Shown one piece after another: positions 1 to 10,310 of a DNA stretch of 64,000 nucleotides (position 1 is the stretch's first letter; the number at the start of each line of letters is the position of its first letter). Under the pieces are notes generated by a model that did no database searches, was not told the origin of the DNA, and saw only the letters and a list, made by a program, of their open reading frames with translations. The stretch is taken from assembly GCA_963705625.1 (NCBI GenBank), contig CAVPKG010000008.1:2846-66845 (forward strand), given 5' to 3'. The stretch is from an uncultured Actinomycetes bacterium (GTDB lineage Bacteria > Actinomycetota > Acidimicrobiia > IMCC26256 > DASPTH01). A program made the position numbers and the translations under genes.

Positions 1-2
1 AC

Positions 3-599
3 GTGCTGTGCTCGAACGCCGGTGTCGGCGCATTCCCTCCGATCGCGGACGCGACCGCGTCCGACTGGGATTGGGTGATGTCGGTGAACCTCGGCGGCAC
101 GGTCAACTGCCTGCTGGCGTTCCTGCCGCGCATGAGGGATCAGGAAGGCGAGAAGCACATCGTGCTCACCGCGTCGATCGCGGGTCTCGCACCGCTGAAC
201 ATGACGATCTACGCGACCACGAAGTACGCGATCGTCGGGATGGGCGAGTCGCTCGCGCAGGAATCAGAAGCGAACGGCTACGGCATCGGCGTGAGCATCC
301 TCTGTCCCGGCGGCGTCGCCACCAACTTCGGCACGTCGAATCGCAATCGTCCCGACGGTCTGACCGGACGACAGCTCTCACCGAGCACCTCGGCCGGCAG
401 CCGCGGTTCCGACCCCGACCGGCAGTACACCGTGATGGAACCACGCGAGGTCGGGATCTTGGTGCGCGACGCGATCATCGACGGCGACCTCTACGTGCTC
501 CCGCACGCCTACACGCGGTCATACGTCGATGCGCGCCACGCAAGGATCAGCGCTGCGTACGACAAGGCCAGCGCGAAGGCCGAGCTCGCGTCCGGTTGA
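3..599 (+). CDS. SDR family oxidoreductase (5' partial)
   Basis: NAG motif, VNLGG, catalytic YATTK (YxxxK), LCPG; runs off the window start. Confidence 0.9.
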   Translation: MLCSNAGVGAFPPIADATASDWDWVMSVNLGGTVNCLLAFLPRMRDQEGEKHIVLTASIAGLAPLNMTIYATTKYAIVGMGESLAQESEANGYGIGVSILCPGGVATNFGTSNRNRPDGLTGRQLSPSTSAGSRGSDPDRQYTVMEPREVGILVRDAIIDGDLYVLPHAYTRSYVDARHARISAAYDKASAKAELASG

Positions 600-608
600 G
601 CGACCCGC

Positions 609-899
609 TCAGGCGGTGGCCGCGCGGCGCTGCTGGCGGGCCTGGAAGCTCGCGTAGTGCGTGCTCATGTCGGCGAAGAACGCGAGGATCACGACGAACC
701 AGCCGAAGCCGGTGACGCCTTGGATCGGCGCGTAGGCGACGGCCCACGCCAGCGTCGTCCACGGCAGGAAGATGAAGCCGAGCAGGGCGATCCAGAACGA
801 GTTGAAGGCGATTCCCATCCGGTCGGTGAACAGCCACACGAGAAAGATGGCCAAACGCGGCGAGAAGAACGCGACGAGGGCAATGAAGCATCCGCACAT
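609..899 (-). CDS. small hypothetical membrane protein
   Basis: ATG at 899; 96 aa hydrophobic, SPRLAIFLVWLF...GFIFLPWTTL. Confidence 0.75.
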   Translation of the reverse strand: MCGCFIALVAFFSPRLAIFLVWLFTDRMGIAFNSFWIALLGFIFLPWTTLAWAVAYAPIQGVTGFGWFVVILAFFADMSTHYASFQARQQRRAATA

Positions 900-910
900 G
901 GCGAGAGAGA

Positions 911-1327
911 CTACGCCGAACGCCCGCCCAGGTCGAGGTCGCCGAACACCTCCCGCGCGTGCGCGGTATCGGCGTACTCCTTGACGATGACGATCTTGCC
1001 GTCGCGGATCTCGAAGAGCATGTGGTAGTGGTTGTTGTAGACCTTGCCGTTGACCAGCGGCGCGTAGCTCTCCACCTCCGCCGCGACGCGGACGCCTTCG
1101 GCGGTGAGCGCGTGGACGGTGAACGCGATGCCTCCTTCGACGAAGATCGGCATCGGGTCCACCATGATCGCTCGCATCCCGTCGATGCCGGCGAAGTCGT
1201 CGGTCGACGCTCGGCCGCCACCCCACTTCGCGTCTGCGGCGAACAGTTCCCACATCTCCTCGTACCGCCGGTCGTTCATCCGCCGGTAGAACTCGAGCAC
1301 GAGCGCCTTGTTCTCTTCGACACCCAT
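911..1327 (-). CDS. NTF2/SnoaL-like protein
   Basis: MGVEENKALVLEFY...YNNHYHMLFEIRDGKIVIVKEYADT. Confidence 0.85.
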   Translation of the reverse strand: MGVEENKALVLEFYRRMNDRRYEEMWELFAADAKWGGGRASTDDFAGIDGMRAIMVDPMPIFVEGGIAFTVHALTAEGVRVAAEVESYAPLVNGKVYNNHYHMLFEIRDGKIVIVKEYADTAHAREVFGDLDLGGRSA

Positions 1328-1334
1328 CGCTACC

Positions 1335-2102
1335 TCACGTTCGGCGGTCGACGAGGAACGGATACCGCTCGCGGGTCTTCTGCACCACTGCCGGGTCCAC
1401 GTCGGCAACGAGCACCGTCTCGCCGGCACCGCCGCCGTCGGCGAGCTCCTCGCCGAACGGTCCGATGATCGCGCTGTCACCGACGTACGTGACCCCTCCC
1501 CCGCTCCCCACCCGGTTGGCACCGACCACGTACGCCAGGTTCTCGATCGCTCGGGCCCGGAGCAGTGCGCGCCAGTGGTCGCGGCGCTGCTCCGGCCAGT
1601 TCGCCGGACATGACGTAGCAGTCGGTGTCGCGGCGCAAGCGCCCAGAACTCGTCGGCGAAGCGGAGGTCGTAGCAGACGAAGAGGCTCAACCGCACGCCT
1701 TCGACGTTGACCGTGAGGAGTTGGTCGCCGGCCTCGTAGCGCTCGTGCTCGCCGGAGTAGGTGAACGGGTGGATCTTGTCGGTACCGGTACGCCGCGCCG
1801 TCGGGACCGGCGAGCACGAGACAGTTCGCCGGCTTCGTGCTGCCATCCCGCCGTTCGGGGACGGATCCGCACACCCACACGCCGTGCGCGCGGGCCTGTT
1901 CGACGAGGAACCGGGCGCTCGGGCCGTCGTACGGCTCCGCGATCCTGTCGGTGTCCATCGAGAACCCGGTCGAGCACATCTCGGTGAGCACCACGAGCCG
2001 CGCACCCTCGGCCGCCGCCTGCTCGATCATGGGCGCGAGCCGCGCGAAGTTCGCGGGTGGGTCTTCCCACACGATGTCGTGCTGCACCGCCGCGACCCTC
2101 AC
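1335..2102 (-). CDS. carbon-nitrogen hydrolase (nitrilase / omega-amidase family), internal frameshifts
   Basis: MRVAAVQHD..LTEM, KIHPF, VCYDLRF, ARAIENLAYVVGANRVG spread over two frames. Confidence 0.85.
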   Translation of the reverse strand: MRVAAVQHDIVWEDPPANFARLAPMIEQAAAEGARLVVLTEMCSTGFSMDTDRIAEPYDGPSARFLVEQARAHGVWVCGSVPERRDGSTKPANCLVLAGPDGAAYRYRQDPPVHLLRRARALRGRRPTPHGQRRRRAVEPLRLLRPPLRRRVLGACAATPTATSCPANWPEQRRDHWRALLRARAIENLAYVVGANRVGSGGGVTYVGDSAIIGPFGEELADGGGAGETVLVADVDPAVVQKTRERYPFLVDRRT

Positions 2103-3275
2103 GGGCGCAACGCCTTCAATCGTGCAACCGCTTCGTCGATCACGTCGAGGCGCTTGCAGAACGCGAACCGCACGAGCGGGAGGCCGGCGGCCCGGTCGTC
2201 GTAGAACACCACGTTCGGGACCGCGACCACTCCGCAGCGCTCGGGCAGTGCACGGCAGAACGCGAGGCCGTCCTGCTCACCGAGCGCGCGGATGTCGGTG
2301 GTGACGAAGTACGTACCGTGCGACGGGAACACCGTGAAGCCGGCATCGGCCAGACCACGCGACAACCGGTCGCGCTTCTCGCGGAGGTCCGCCGCGAGCG
2401 CGTGGAACCTCGCGTCGGGCAGGCGCGAGGCCTTCCGCGATCGCGAACTGGAACGGTCCCGCGTTCACGTAGGTGAGGAACTGCTTCGCGGTGCGCACGG
2501 CGGTGACGAGTGGAGCGGTCGCGCACACCCAACCGACCTTCCAGCCGGTAAACGAGAAGGTCTTGCCTCCCGACGAGATCGTCACCGTGCGGTCGCGCAT
2601 GCCGGGGAGCGTGGCGAGCGGTACGTGCTCGCCGTCGAAGACGAGGTGCTCGTACACCTCGTCGGTGACGGCGAGGAGGTCGTGCTCGACGCACATACGC
2701 GCCACCGTGTCGAGCTCGCCGCGCGAGAAGACCTTGCCGGTCGGGTTGTGCGGGGAGTTGAGGAGCACGAGCCGGGTGCGCGGCGTGATCGCGGCCGCGA
2801 GCGCGTCGGCGTCGAACGAGTAGTCGGGTGGGCGCAGTTGCACCACCCGCCGCTCCGCGCCTGCCATCGCGATGCACGCGGCGTACGAGTCGTAGTACGG
2901 CTCGAACGTGACGACCTCGTCGCCCGGCTCGCACAACGAGAGCAGCGCGGCGGCGATCGCTTCGGTGGCGCCGGCGGTGACGAGCACCTCGGTGTCGGCG
3001 TCGTAGTCGAGGCCGTACAAGTGCCGCTGGTGCGCGGCGATCGCGGCGCGCAGTTCGGGGATCCCGGGCCCCGGCGGGTACTGGTTGTGGCCGCCCCGGA
3101 TCGCGGCGACCGCGGCGTCGAGCACCTCGGGCGGGCCGTCGGTGTCGGGGAAGCCCTGCCCGAGGTTGATCGAACCGGTCGCCACCGCGAGCGCCGACAT
3201 CTCGGCGAAGATCGTGGTGCCGAACCCCTGGAGCCGTGACGTCAGGTAGGGCACGCGATCGCTCACCGCGCTCAC
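2099..3275 (-). CDS. PLP-dependent class I/II aminotransferase (YbdL/DapC-like), frameshift near C-terminus
   Basis: INLGQGFPD, LNSPHNPTG, TDEVYE, SSGGKTFSFTGWKVG, VRFAFCK. Confidence 0.9.
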
Positions 3276-3673
3276 CCCGCCACGCTCTGCCAGACGACGA
3301 GCATCGGAGCGAACGACCGCGTGGCCGGGTATCCCGGCCACGTAGTGAGCGACCCATGAGCAGGTTCGCCGGCTTGTACGGGGAGCACGACACTCGGGGC
3401 GACGATCGCGGGGAGCACGTGATCGGCACCGTGCCCGGGCGAGCCGTGCGCGTGCCGGTAGCGGCCGTCGCGCGGGAGGAGGCGCTCGAGCGCTTCGACG
3501 AGGTCTTCGTCGGAGTGCGCGCCCGTTTCGATCACCGCGAGCCCGGCCGTCGCGTGGGGCGCGAAGACGTTGCAGAGCCCGTCGCCGCGACCGGAGCAGA
3601 ACGCGCGGAGCTGACGGGTGAGATCGACGATCTGCTCGCGCGACGTGTCGACGTCGAGCACGGTGGTATCCAT
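3272..3673 (-). CDS. yjbQ: YjbQ/UPF0047 family protein with an in-frame repeat insertion and shortened C-terminus
   Basis: FAPHATAGL, YRHAHGSPGHGADH, WQSV. Confidence 0.8.
   Translation of the reverse strand: MDTTVLDVDTSREQIVDLTRQLRAFCSGRGDGLCNVFAPHATAGLAVIETGAHSDEDLVEALERLLPRDGRYRHAHGSPGHGADHVLPAIVAPSVVLPVQAGEPAHGSLTTWPGYPATRSFAPMLVVWQSVAG
3306..3362 (+). repeat. hairpin repeat family copy inside yjbQ
   Basis: GGAGCGAACGACCG-CGTGGCCGGG-TAT-CCCGGCCACG-TAGTGAGCGACCCATGAGCA; same layout as the 55-bp unit at 62549. Confidence 0.85.
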
Positions 3674-3697
3674 CCGCGACGAGCCTACGCTCACAGC

Positions 3698-3891
3698 ATG
3701 AGGAAACGGACTGCTCTCCTCGTCGCCGGCGCCGCGGTCGCCGGCGCAGTCGCGTACCGCCGGATCGTGCGGCCGTGGATGACGACACTGGGCGCCACGG
3801 CCACCGAGCTCGAGCAGCCACTCTCGTGATGGAGCAGCAGATGATGCGCGGGCTCAAGGAACGCGCCGAGCGCGCGAGCGCATCCGTATGA
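3698..3891 (+). pseudogene. internally deleted remnant of a conserved SRPBCC-like hypothetical protein
   Basis: N-terminal RPWMTTLGATATELEQPL joined out of frame to C-terminal VMEQQMMRGLKERAER; the middle is missing. Confidence 0.5.
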
Positions 3892-4388
3892 GCGATCCGT
3901 CGGCAACCCGTCCACACATGCCCGGGTACGGCGTGCAACCGGCCGCCGAGGGCACCGGGCTGCTGCCGTGGTCCTGGGCGGTCGAACGGCTGACGCGCTC
4001 GCACGACTACTGGCTCGCGACGACGTGGCTCGGAAGAGGGAGTCCCCACGTGATGCCCGTGTGGGGAGTGTGGTTGAACGACGCGCTGTGGTTCAGCTCC
4101 GGCCTGCGGTCGCGCAAGGCGCAGAATCTCGCGCACGACGACCGCTGCGTGCTGACGACCGACGACGCGCGGAACCCGGTGGTCATCGAGGGCACTGCCG
4201 CGCGCGTCACCGACCCCCACATGATCGCCGGGTTCAACGATGCGGTGAACGGCAAGTACGAGACGAGCTATTCGGTCGACTTCTACGACCGCACGGTCAA
4301 CGGCGTGTTCCGAGTGGAACCGGTGGCTGCTTTCGGCGTTGCCGAGGGCGACTTCACCGGGTCGCCCACCCGCTGGATCTTCCCGTGA
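3888..4388 (+). CDS. pyridoxamine 5'-phosphate oxidase-like (split barrel) protein
   Basis: LLPWSWAVERL..YWLATT..PHVMPVWGVW..SRKAQNL..SPTRW. Confidence 0.85.
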   Translation: MSDPSATRPHMPGYGVQPAAEGTGLLPWSWAVERLTRSHDYWLATTWLGRGSPHVMPVWGVWLNDALWFSSGLRSRKAQNLAHDDRCVLTTDDARNPVVIEGTAARVTDPHMIAGFNDAVNGKYETSYSVDFYDRTVNGVFRVEPVAAFGVAEGDFTGSPTRWIFP

Positions 4389-5485
4389 CCGGCGACGTCC
4401 TCGAGCAGTACGGCCTCGATCCCGCGGCTCCCTCGGCCGACGAGTGGCGGGAGCTCATCGCACTCGCGGTTGCCTCGGGCGCGTCCGAGGAAGAGATCCA
4501 GCGGGGAATCGACGAGCGGTCACTGCACGCGATCCCCGTGCAGCGCGGGCTGGTTGCCGGGCGCGAGCAGCTGACCATCGAGAGTGCCGGCGAACGCGCC
4601 GGCCTCGATCCCGAGTTTGCGCGACGAGTGTGGGGCGCGCTCAGCCTTCCCGACGACGAGTGGACGATGTGCTCGGAGCGCGACGTCCCACTCTTCGAGT
4701 ACTTCAAGGTGCTGGGCGAGCTCATCGGGCGCGAACAGGCCCTGCGGTCCGCGTACGCCATGGGCGCGGCGCTCTCGCAACTGGCCGATTCGGAGGTGTC
4801 GCAGGTTCGCTCGGCCTTCGAAGCTCCGCTTCGCACGAGCGGAGGCGGAAACCCCGACGTGGCGCGCCTGCTGTTGGGCCTGCTCGACGCGATACCGGCC
4901 CTGAACGAGGCGATGCTCGTCGTGCACCGGCAACACCTCCACGTTGCGGGACGGCGCTACTCCTTGTGGGGTGTCCGACCGTCCGAGGCGAGCACCACCG
5001 AGTGTGTCGTGGGGTTCGCCGACATGGTCGGCTCCACCTCGCTGGGCGAGCGGCTCGACGCCGGTCAACTCGACGCATTGCTTCGGAATTTCGAGCAGCG
5101 GGTTGCGCGCCTCGCGACCAGCCGGCGCACGCGGCTCGTCAAGCTCATCGGCGACGAAGCGCTGTTCGTCGCGGGAAGCCCGGAGGAAGCCATGTCGATC
5201 GCCTCGTCGCTCCTGCGCGATCGCGAGATCCCGGAGCTCAGGGTGGGCCTCGCGGCCGGCGAGGTCGTGACGCGCGGCGGTGACGTGTACGGGTCGGTGG
5301 TGAACCTCGCGTCCCGGCTGGTGGCGATCGCCGCGCCTGGTCAGATCCTGGTCGACGCGCGAACCGTGGAACGCTTCGCACCCGGCGGGGACGCGCGTGT
5401 GGAGGCACTCGGCGCGCGTGCGTTGCCTGGCTTCGCAGCTCCGGTCGACGTGTTCGCGGTCACCCCGCGTCGACGAGCCAGCTGA
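4385..5485 (+). CDS. class III adenylate cyclase with N-terminal regulatory domain
   Basis: GFADMVGST, VKLIGD, GDVYGSVVNLASRL; GTG start overlaps upstream stop. Confidence 0.88.
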   Translation: MTGDVLEQYGLDPAAPSADEWRELIALAVASGASEEEIQRGIDERSLHAIPVQRGLVAGREQLTIESAGERAGLDPEFARRVWGALSLPDDEWTMCSERDVPLFEYFKVLGELIGREQALRSAYAMGAALSQLADSEVSQVRSAFEAPLRTSGGGNPDVARLLLGLLDAIPALNEAMLVVHRQHLHVAGRRYSLWGVRPSEASTTECVVGFADMVGSTSLGERLDAGQLDALLRNFEQRVARLATSRRTRLVKLIGDEALFVAGSPEEAMSIASSLLRDREIPELRVGLAAGEVVTRGGDVYGSVVNLASRLVAIAAPGQILVDARTVERFAPGGDARVEALGARALPGFAAPVDVFAVTPRRRAS

Positions 5486-6232
5486 AGCCGTGCTCTCGTA
5501 GCCCGTCGATGATGCGAGCAGTGACGGGCTGGAGTTGGTCGGTGAGCAGGATGATCCCGAAGATCGCGAGGATCCCTGCCGAGACGAGCGTGATCGCGCG
5601 TGAGTGGCGCTTGAACCAGTTGAGCGTCCGCGTGAGCTTGCCCATCGCCAGCCCCACCACTAGGAACGAGAGGCCCAGCCCGAGCGAGTAGGAGATGAGC
5701 AGCAGCGTTCGCGCGCGGTGTTGTCCCCGACCGCGGCAAAGCCGAGCACCGCGCCGAGCACGGGACCGATGCAGGGCTGCCAGCCGAGACCGAACGCCGC
5801 ACCGGTCACCGGCGCGGCCACGGGCCCGAAGCGCTCGAGGTGCGGATGGAACCGCACCTCCTGGTAGAGGCTCGGCGTGGTGAGGATCTGCGAGCCCGCG
5901 AGGTAGCACGCCATCAGCAGCACGAGGCCACCCGAGATCCGCGTGAGCGTCTCCTGGTTGGTGAAGAGCGCGTTGCCGACGGTCGTGGTGAGCAGACCCA
6001 GGAACACGAACACCACGGTGAAGCCGAGCACGAACAGGCCTGTGTTGATCGCGATGCGCTTGAGGTAGTGCGGGCTGCCTTCCTGGATCTCGCCGACCGA
6101 GAGGCCCGTGACCAGGCTGAGATAGCCGGGCACCATCGGCAGCACGCACGGCGAGAGGAACGAGATCACGCCACCGCCGAACGCCGTGAGGAGATAGAGG
6201 TTGCTGGTGACGTTCGTCGCGAGCGCGTGCAT
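5460..6232 (-). CDS. ccdA: cytochrome c biogenesis protein CcdA (frameshifted)
   Basis: SFLSPCVLPMVPGYLS and GWQPCIGPVLG; C-terminal YSLGLG in a second frame. Confidence 0.88.
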
Positions 6233-6293
6233 ACGGAAGGTGCCGGTGATGGTAGGGCGGGTGGATCACGGTCCGAACTCGGGACCGTCTGCC

Positions 6294-8494
6294 CTATGGC
6301 AAGGCAGGCAGGCTCCACACGCCGACGACCTTGAACGCGTTCCCACCTGCGAAGTTCACGACCGGCGAGTCCTTGCACTTGGCGTTCGTGGCGCTCGGCG
6401 CAGCGGAGTCGAGGAACCGGGTCGTGACGCCCGCGCTCTCGGTGCTCGAGCCGCAGGCCCCACCGTCCGAGTGCAGGTACAGGTCGGTGTTCGGTTGCGG
6501 CGTGATCGTTCCGTCGAAGCGCGACGGGCGCGAACGCGGCGTCGTAGTACACGCGCAGGCCCGTGGCGCTGTTGTGACTTCCTCCGGCCACGGTGCACTT
6601 CGTGCCGTTCGGGTTCGTGCCGATCCGCGCCGAGATCCGGAGCGCCAGCGCGTCGTTCGTGCCGACGGCCAGGGGCGCCGTGAGCGGATACCAGGGGACG
6701 ACCACCTGCTTGGCGAGGGAAGGATTCCTCGTCACTCCGGGCACGCATCGAGTCAGACCCGACGCGACCGGGTTGCCGTTCTGGAGCAACTCGACCTGGA
6801 GGTCGAACAAGGTGCCCTGGTCGTCGCTGTTGCGCAGCCCGACGAACGCGTGGACGTCGCTGAGCGTCGTGAGCTGGCGCGCCGTTACAGCAGGTGCGCC
6901 GGGCTCGGTGATGACCGCATTGGCGGTCCCGTCCTGGTCGCCGGGGGCCACACCGTCCTGCAGGTGCAGGGTGATCCGGTCACCGCTCACGACGGCGGCG
7001 GGCGCCAGGAGCTTGACCCACGCCGGGGTACTCGTGAGCTTGTAGTACGCGTCGGGGTGGGTGCCCGGCGGCAGGTCGATGGTCACCGTTGCCGGATCGC
7101 CGGGCTGGGCCACGTGCACGTTGAAGCCGAGGATTCCCAGAGGGAACGCCTCCCCGTCGGGCCACGCCGGGGTCGTGGGCGCGGGCAGGGCCTGCACGTC
7201 GGTCAGGGTCGTGCCCTCGGGCGCGGTGATCGTGAGCGGACTCCCGCCGGCGGGGCTTTGCACCCTCACCTGGTTCGTGGGCCCGAAGTAGAGGTAGGCG
7301 TGGCCCGACCACGCGTGGTCGGCGGTTGGTGTCTGGTTGGCCACGAGGAAGCACTGGTCACCGCCGAGGACGGGCGGCACGGTCGGCGGCTGCCCGTTCT
7401 CGGTGCAGTCGCTGGTGGTGAGAGCGAGGTCGGGTGGCGGGGTCGTCACCGGGCTCTGCACCACGGCGACGTCGGCCTCGAAGGTGCCGTCGTCCTGGAC
7501 CGGGAAGCGCGTCCCCAGGGTGAATGTCCCGTCCGTCGTCGGGTCGCCGATGATCGGCGTGAAGTTCTGGCCGTCGATCTGGCCGCAGAAGCCGGGTCCC
7601 GCGTCGCCGTTCACACATTCGGCGACGACGACGTCCTCGTCGGGCACCCATCCGAGCCCCGTCACGTGGACGGTCGAGCCGTCCCCGAGATCGGTGATCG
7701 GGCTGGCCGTGATCCGGCCCCACCAGAGGCCGGGCCAGACCCCGTTGTCGCGGGCCGGCTGGTCGGGAGTGGTCTGGCTCTGGGCGAGGAGGAAGCACCC
7801 GAACGGGAACTGCCGGCCCGAGGTCTGGCAGTTCACGCCGCCGATCTGCTTCGCGACCGCCAGCGTTCCCGTGAACGTCGAGTCGTTGCCAATCGTGACC
7901 GTGGTCTGGTTGCCCACGCCGCCACAATCGGAGATCTGCGCGCCGGGCGCGCACTCCTTCACGTTCACCTGTGAGCCGGCGGTGAAGCCGCTGAGCCTGA
8001 ACGAAACGGCGTCGCCGTCGAGGAGGCCGAGGTTCGAGTTGTTCAGGAACTCCAACTTCGGCAAGGGAATGCTCGCGTCGAACCCGAGGTCGTGACTCGC
8101 CAACTCGGTCGGGCTGGGGCCCAAGGGCCACAGGGCCACCAGGCGGCAGCCCTCGGTGACGCAGTCATTGCCGTTCACGACGCGGTGCACCACCACCGGC
8201 ACGGCCGCGAACGTGCCCGAGCCGGAACCGGTGCCGCCGAGGCCGATGCAGTTCGCGCCAGGGCCCACGCACTCGACGAACGAGACGTTCTGGTTGGCGC
8301 TCCAGCCCGAGCCGCCGACCTGCACGGTCGGGTTGAGGGCGAGCCCCGTGTCGGGTACGACCGTGATGGACGGCGGCCCCGCCGCCGTCGCCGGTGTCGC
8401 CCCGCCGAGTCCGGTGACCCCCCGCGCTGCCCAGCACTCCGAACACAAGCGCGCACGCAGCCACGAGCGACCTGCGCCTCTGCGAACCCCGCAT
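6294..8494 (-). CDS. large secreted protein: three neocarzinostatin-apoprotein-like domains, choice-of-anchor-U-like domain, unknown C-terminal domain (frameshifted)
   Basis: signal peptide MRGSQRRRSLVAACAL; repeats P.T.L.DG.TV.V.G.G...EC; FPLGILGF..YYK..LQDG..GDQDGTANAVITEPGAP. Confidence 0.7.
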
Positions 8495-8725
8495 CACCGT
8501 CACCCCGCCCCGCCGTCGCTTCGCCCCAGAACCGGGGACCACCCTGACTCATCCGCAAGCATCCGCCCCGACGCACCCCATCCATAGAGTCCTAAGACCC
8601 CACCACGCGATCGCGGCGCGTTGAGATCTCCTCGACGCTCGCGGCGATGCGCGATTCCTCAGACGCGGAGCCCGTCCACCGTCGCTACCGTACGGCCGTC
8701 GATCCGCGAGCCAGGGGGAACCGAG

Positions 8726-9533
8726 ATGGGAAGACTCGACGGCAAGGTTGCACTGGTGACCGGCGCGGCACGCGGTACCGGCGCCACGATCGCGCAGCTC
8801 TTCGTCGACGAGGGCGCGACCGTCGTGATCGCCGACATCCTCGACGATCGCGGCAAGGAGACCGCCGAGAAGATCGGCCCCGGCGCCCGGTTCCGTCACC
8901 ACGACGTCACCAGCGAGGACGACTGGCGCGAGACCGTCGAGGACGTCCGTGCCCAGGAGGGCAAGCTCGACGTGTTGGTGAACGACGCGGCCGTGCTGCA
9001 CCTCTCGTCGATCGACGACACGACCCCGGAGACGTTCGAGAAGGTCTTCCGCGTGAACTGCTTCGGGCCGTTCCTCGGCACGCAGCGCGTGCCTGCCGAT
9101 GCTCCGTGAGACGCGCGGCGCGATCGTGAACATCGGGTCGATCAACAGCATCTTCACGCTGCCCGGCACCGTGGCGTACACGGCCGCGAAGTTCGGGCTG
9201 CGCGGTCTCACGAAGTCGACCGCGCTCGAGAACGGCAAGTACGGCGTGCGCGCCAACATCGTCTGCCCGGCCACCGGCAACCCCGAGATGCACTTCGACC
9301 TCGTCGGCAAGGAGCGTTCCGGTGATCTCCCGGCCGAGGGACCGAAGACGCCGGGCCAGGAGGCTGCCGACGAGCTCGTCACCGGCATGGACCTCGGTCC
9401 GATCGCGGCGGTCGCGCTGTTCCTCGCCTCCGACGAGTCGCGCTACTGCACCGGAGCGGAGTTCGTCGCCGACAACGGCATGCAAGTGGGCCCCGTCATC
9501 GACATCCCCGGCGTGTGGACATCCGAGATCTGA
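8726..9533 (+). CDS. SDR family oxidoreductase (frameshifted)
   Basis: MGRLDGKVALVTGAARGTG; YTAAKFG; FLASDESRYCTGAEFVADNG. Confidence 0.9.
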
Positions 9534-9955
9534 CTACAGCTCAGCGAGGCGTCGAACATCGGCGGGGTCGTTGACGCCGATCACGTCATCGAGATAGCCG
9601 AGGTTCTTGGCGATCAACATCATTGAAAGCGCCGGCGCCCTTCCCGGGGAAGATGCGACGTCAGGACGACGAATGGTGGGTGATCGCCAGCGCGCGCAGC
9701 AGCGCCCCATTGGCGACCGCTTTCTTCACCGTGTCAGTTCGTAAGAAGCCGGGGCGCGTACCCTGAAAGCTGCCCTTGTACTCCGCCCACACGAGAGTTC
9801 CTCGACGACTTACGCAGACTTGATCGATCTCGACACCGAGCTCGCGAAATACCCGCCGACCTTGCAGTTCGTAGCCGTTCGAGATCAGGAGGAAGTCACA
9901 CTGCTGTGCGAATTGCCGGCCCAGCCAACCCGCAGCGGATTGGAACTCGCTCGAT
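9534..9955 (-). CDS. putative PD-(D/E)XK nuclease, paralogous to the C-terminal domain of the neighbouring methyltransferase (frameshifted, start uncertain)
   Basis: GVEID..WAEYKG..PGFLRTDTVKKA; then PPFVVLTSHLP and YLDDVIGVNDPADVRRLAEL-stop in other frames. Confidence 0.6.
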
Positions 9956-10310
9956 CCTGCCCCGTGTCGTTCTCGTCTCTGAACAAGGGCGCGACCCGGA
10001 TCTCGAACGCAACCCGCTCTTCGTCGAGATCGTCGTCCTTCCAGATGTGCTCGTCGGGGTAGGCATCGACGACTGTTCCGGTCTGCTCGATCCACTCGCC
10101 AAGCGCGGTTGCCCACTCCTCTGCAAGGAGCGCAGAGCGGATCAACGATGCACGGCTCGGGTCGCGTAGGTCTGTAGCCCGAGTCCGCGCGATGACATGC
10201 AACGCAAGGACTCGAGAGAGCACCTCCTCGTCTTCTGCGATGTAGACGTCGGGAGGATCCGAGTGCACCACCGCATAGGCAACCCGTCCACGCTCGGGGA
10301 ACATGCTCAC
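9885..10310 (-). CDS. acidic hypothetical protein
   Basis: 141-aa ORF; GTG start overlaps the methyltransferase stop. Confidence 0.65.
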   Translation of the reverse strand: MSMFPERGRVAYAVVHSDPPDVYIAEDEEVLSRVLALHVIARTRATDLRDPSRASLIRSALLAEEWATALGEWIEQTGTVVDAYPDEHIWKDDDLDEERVAFEIRVAPLFRDENDTGQDRASSNPLRVGWAGNSHSSVTSS

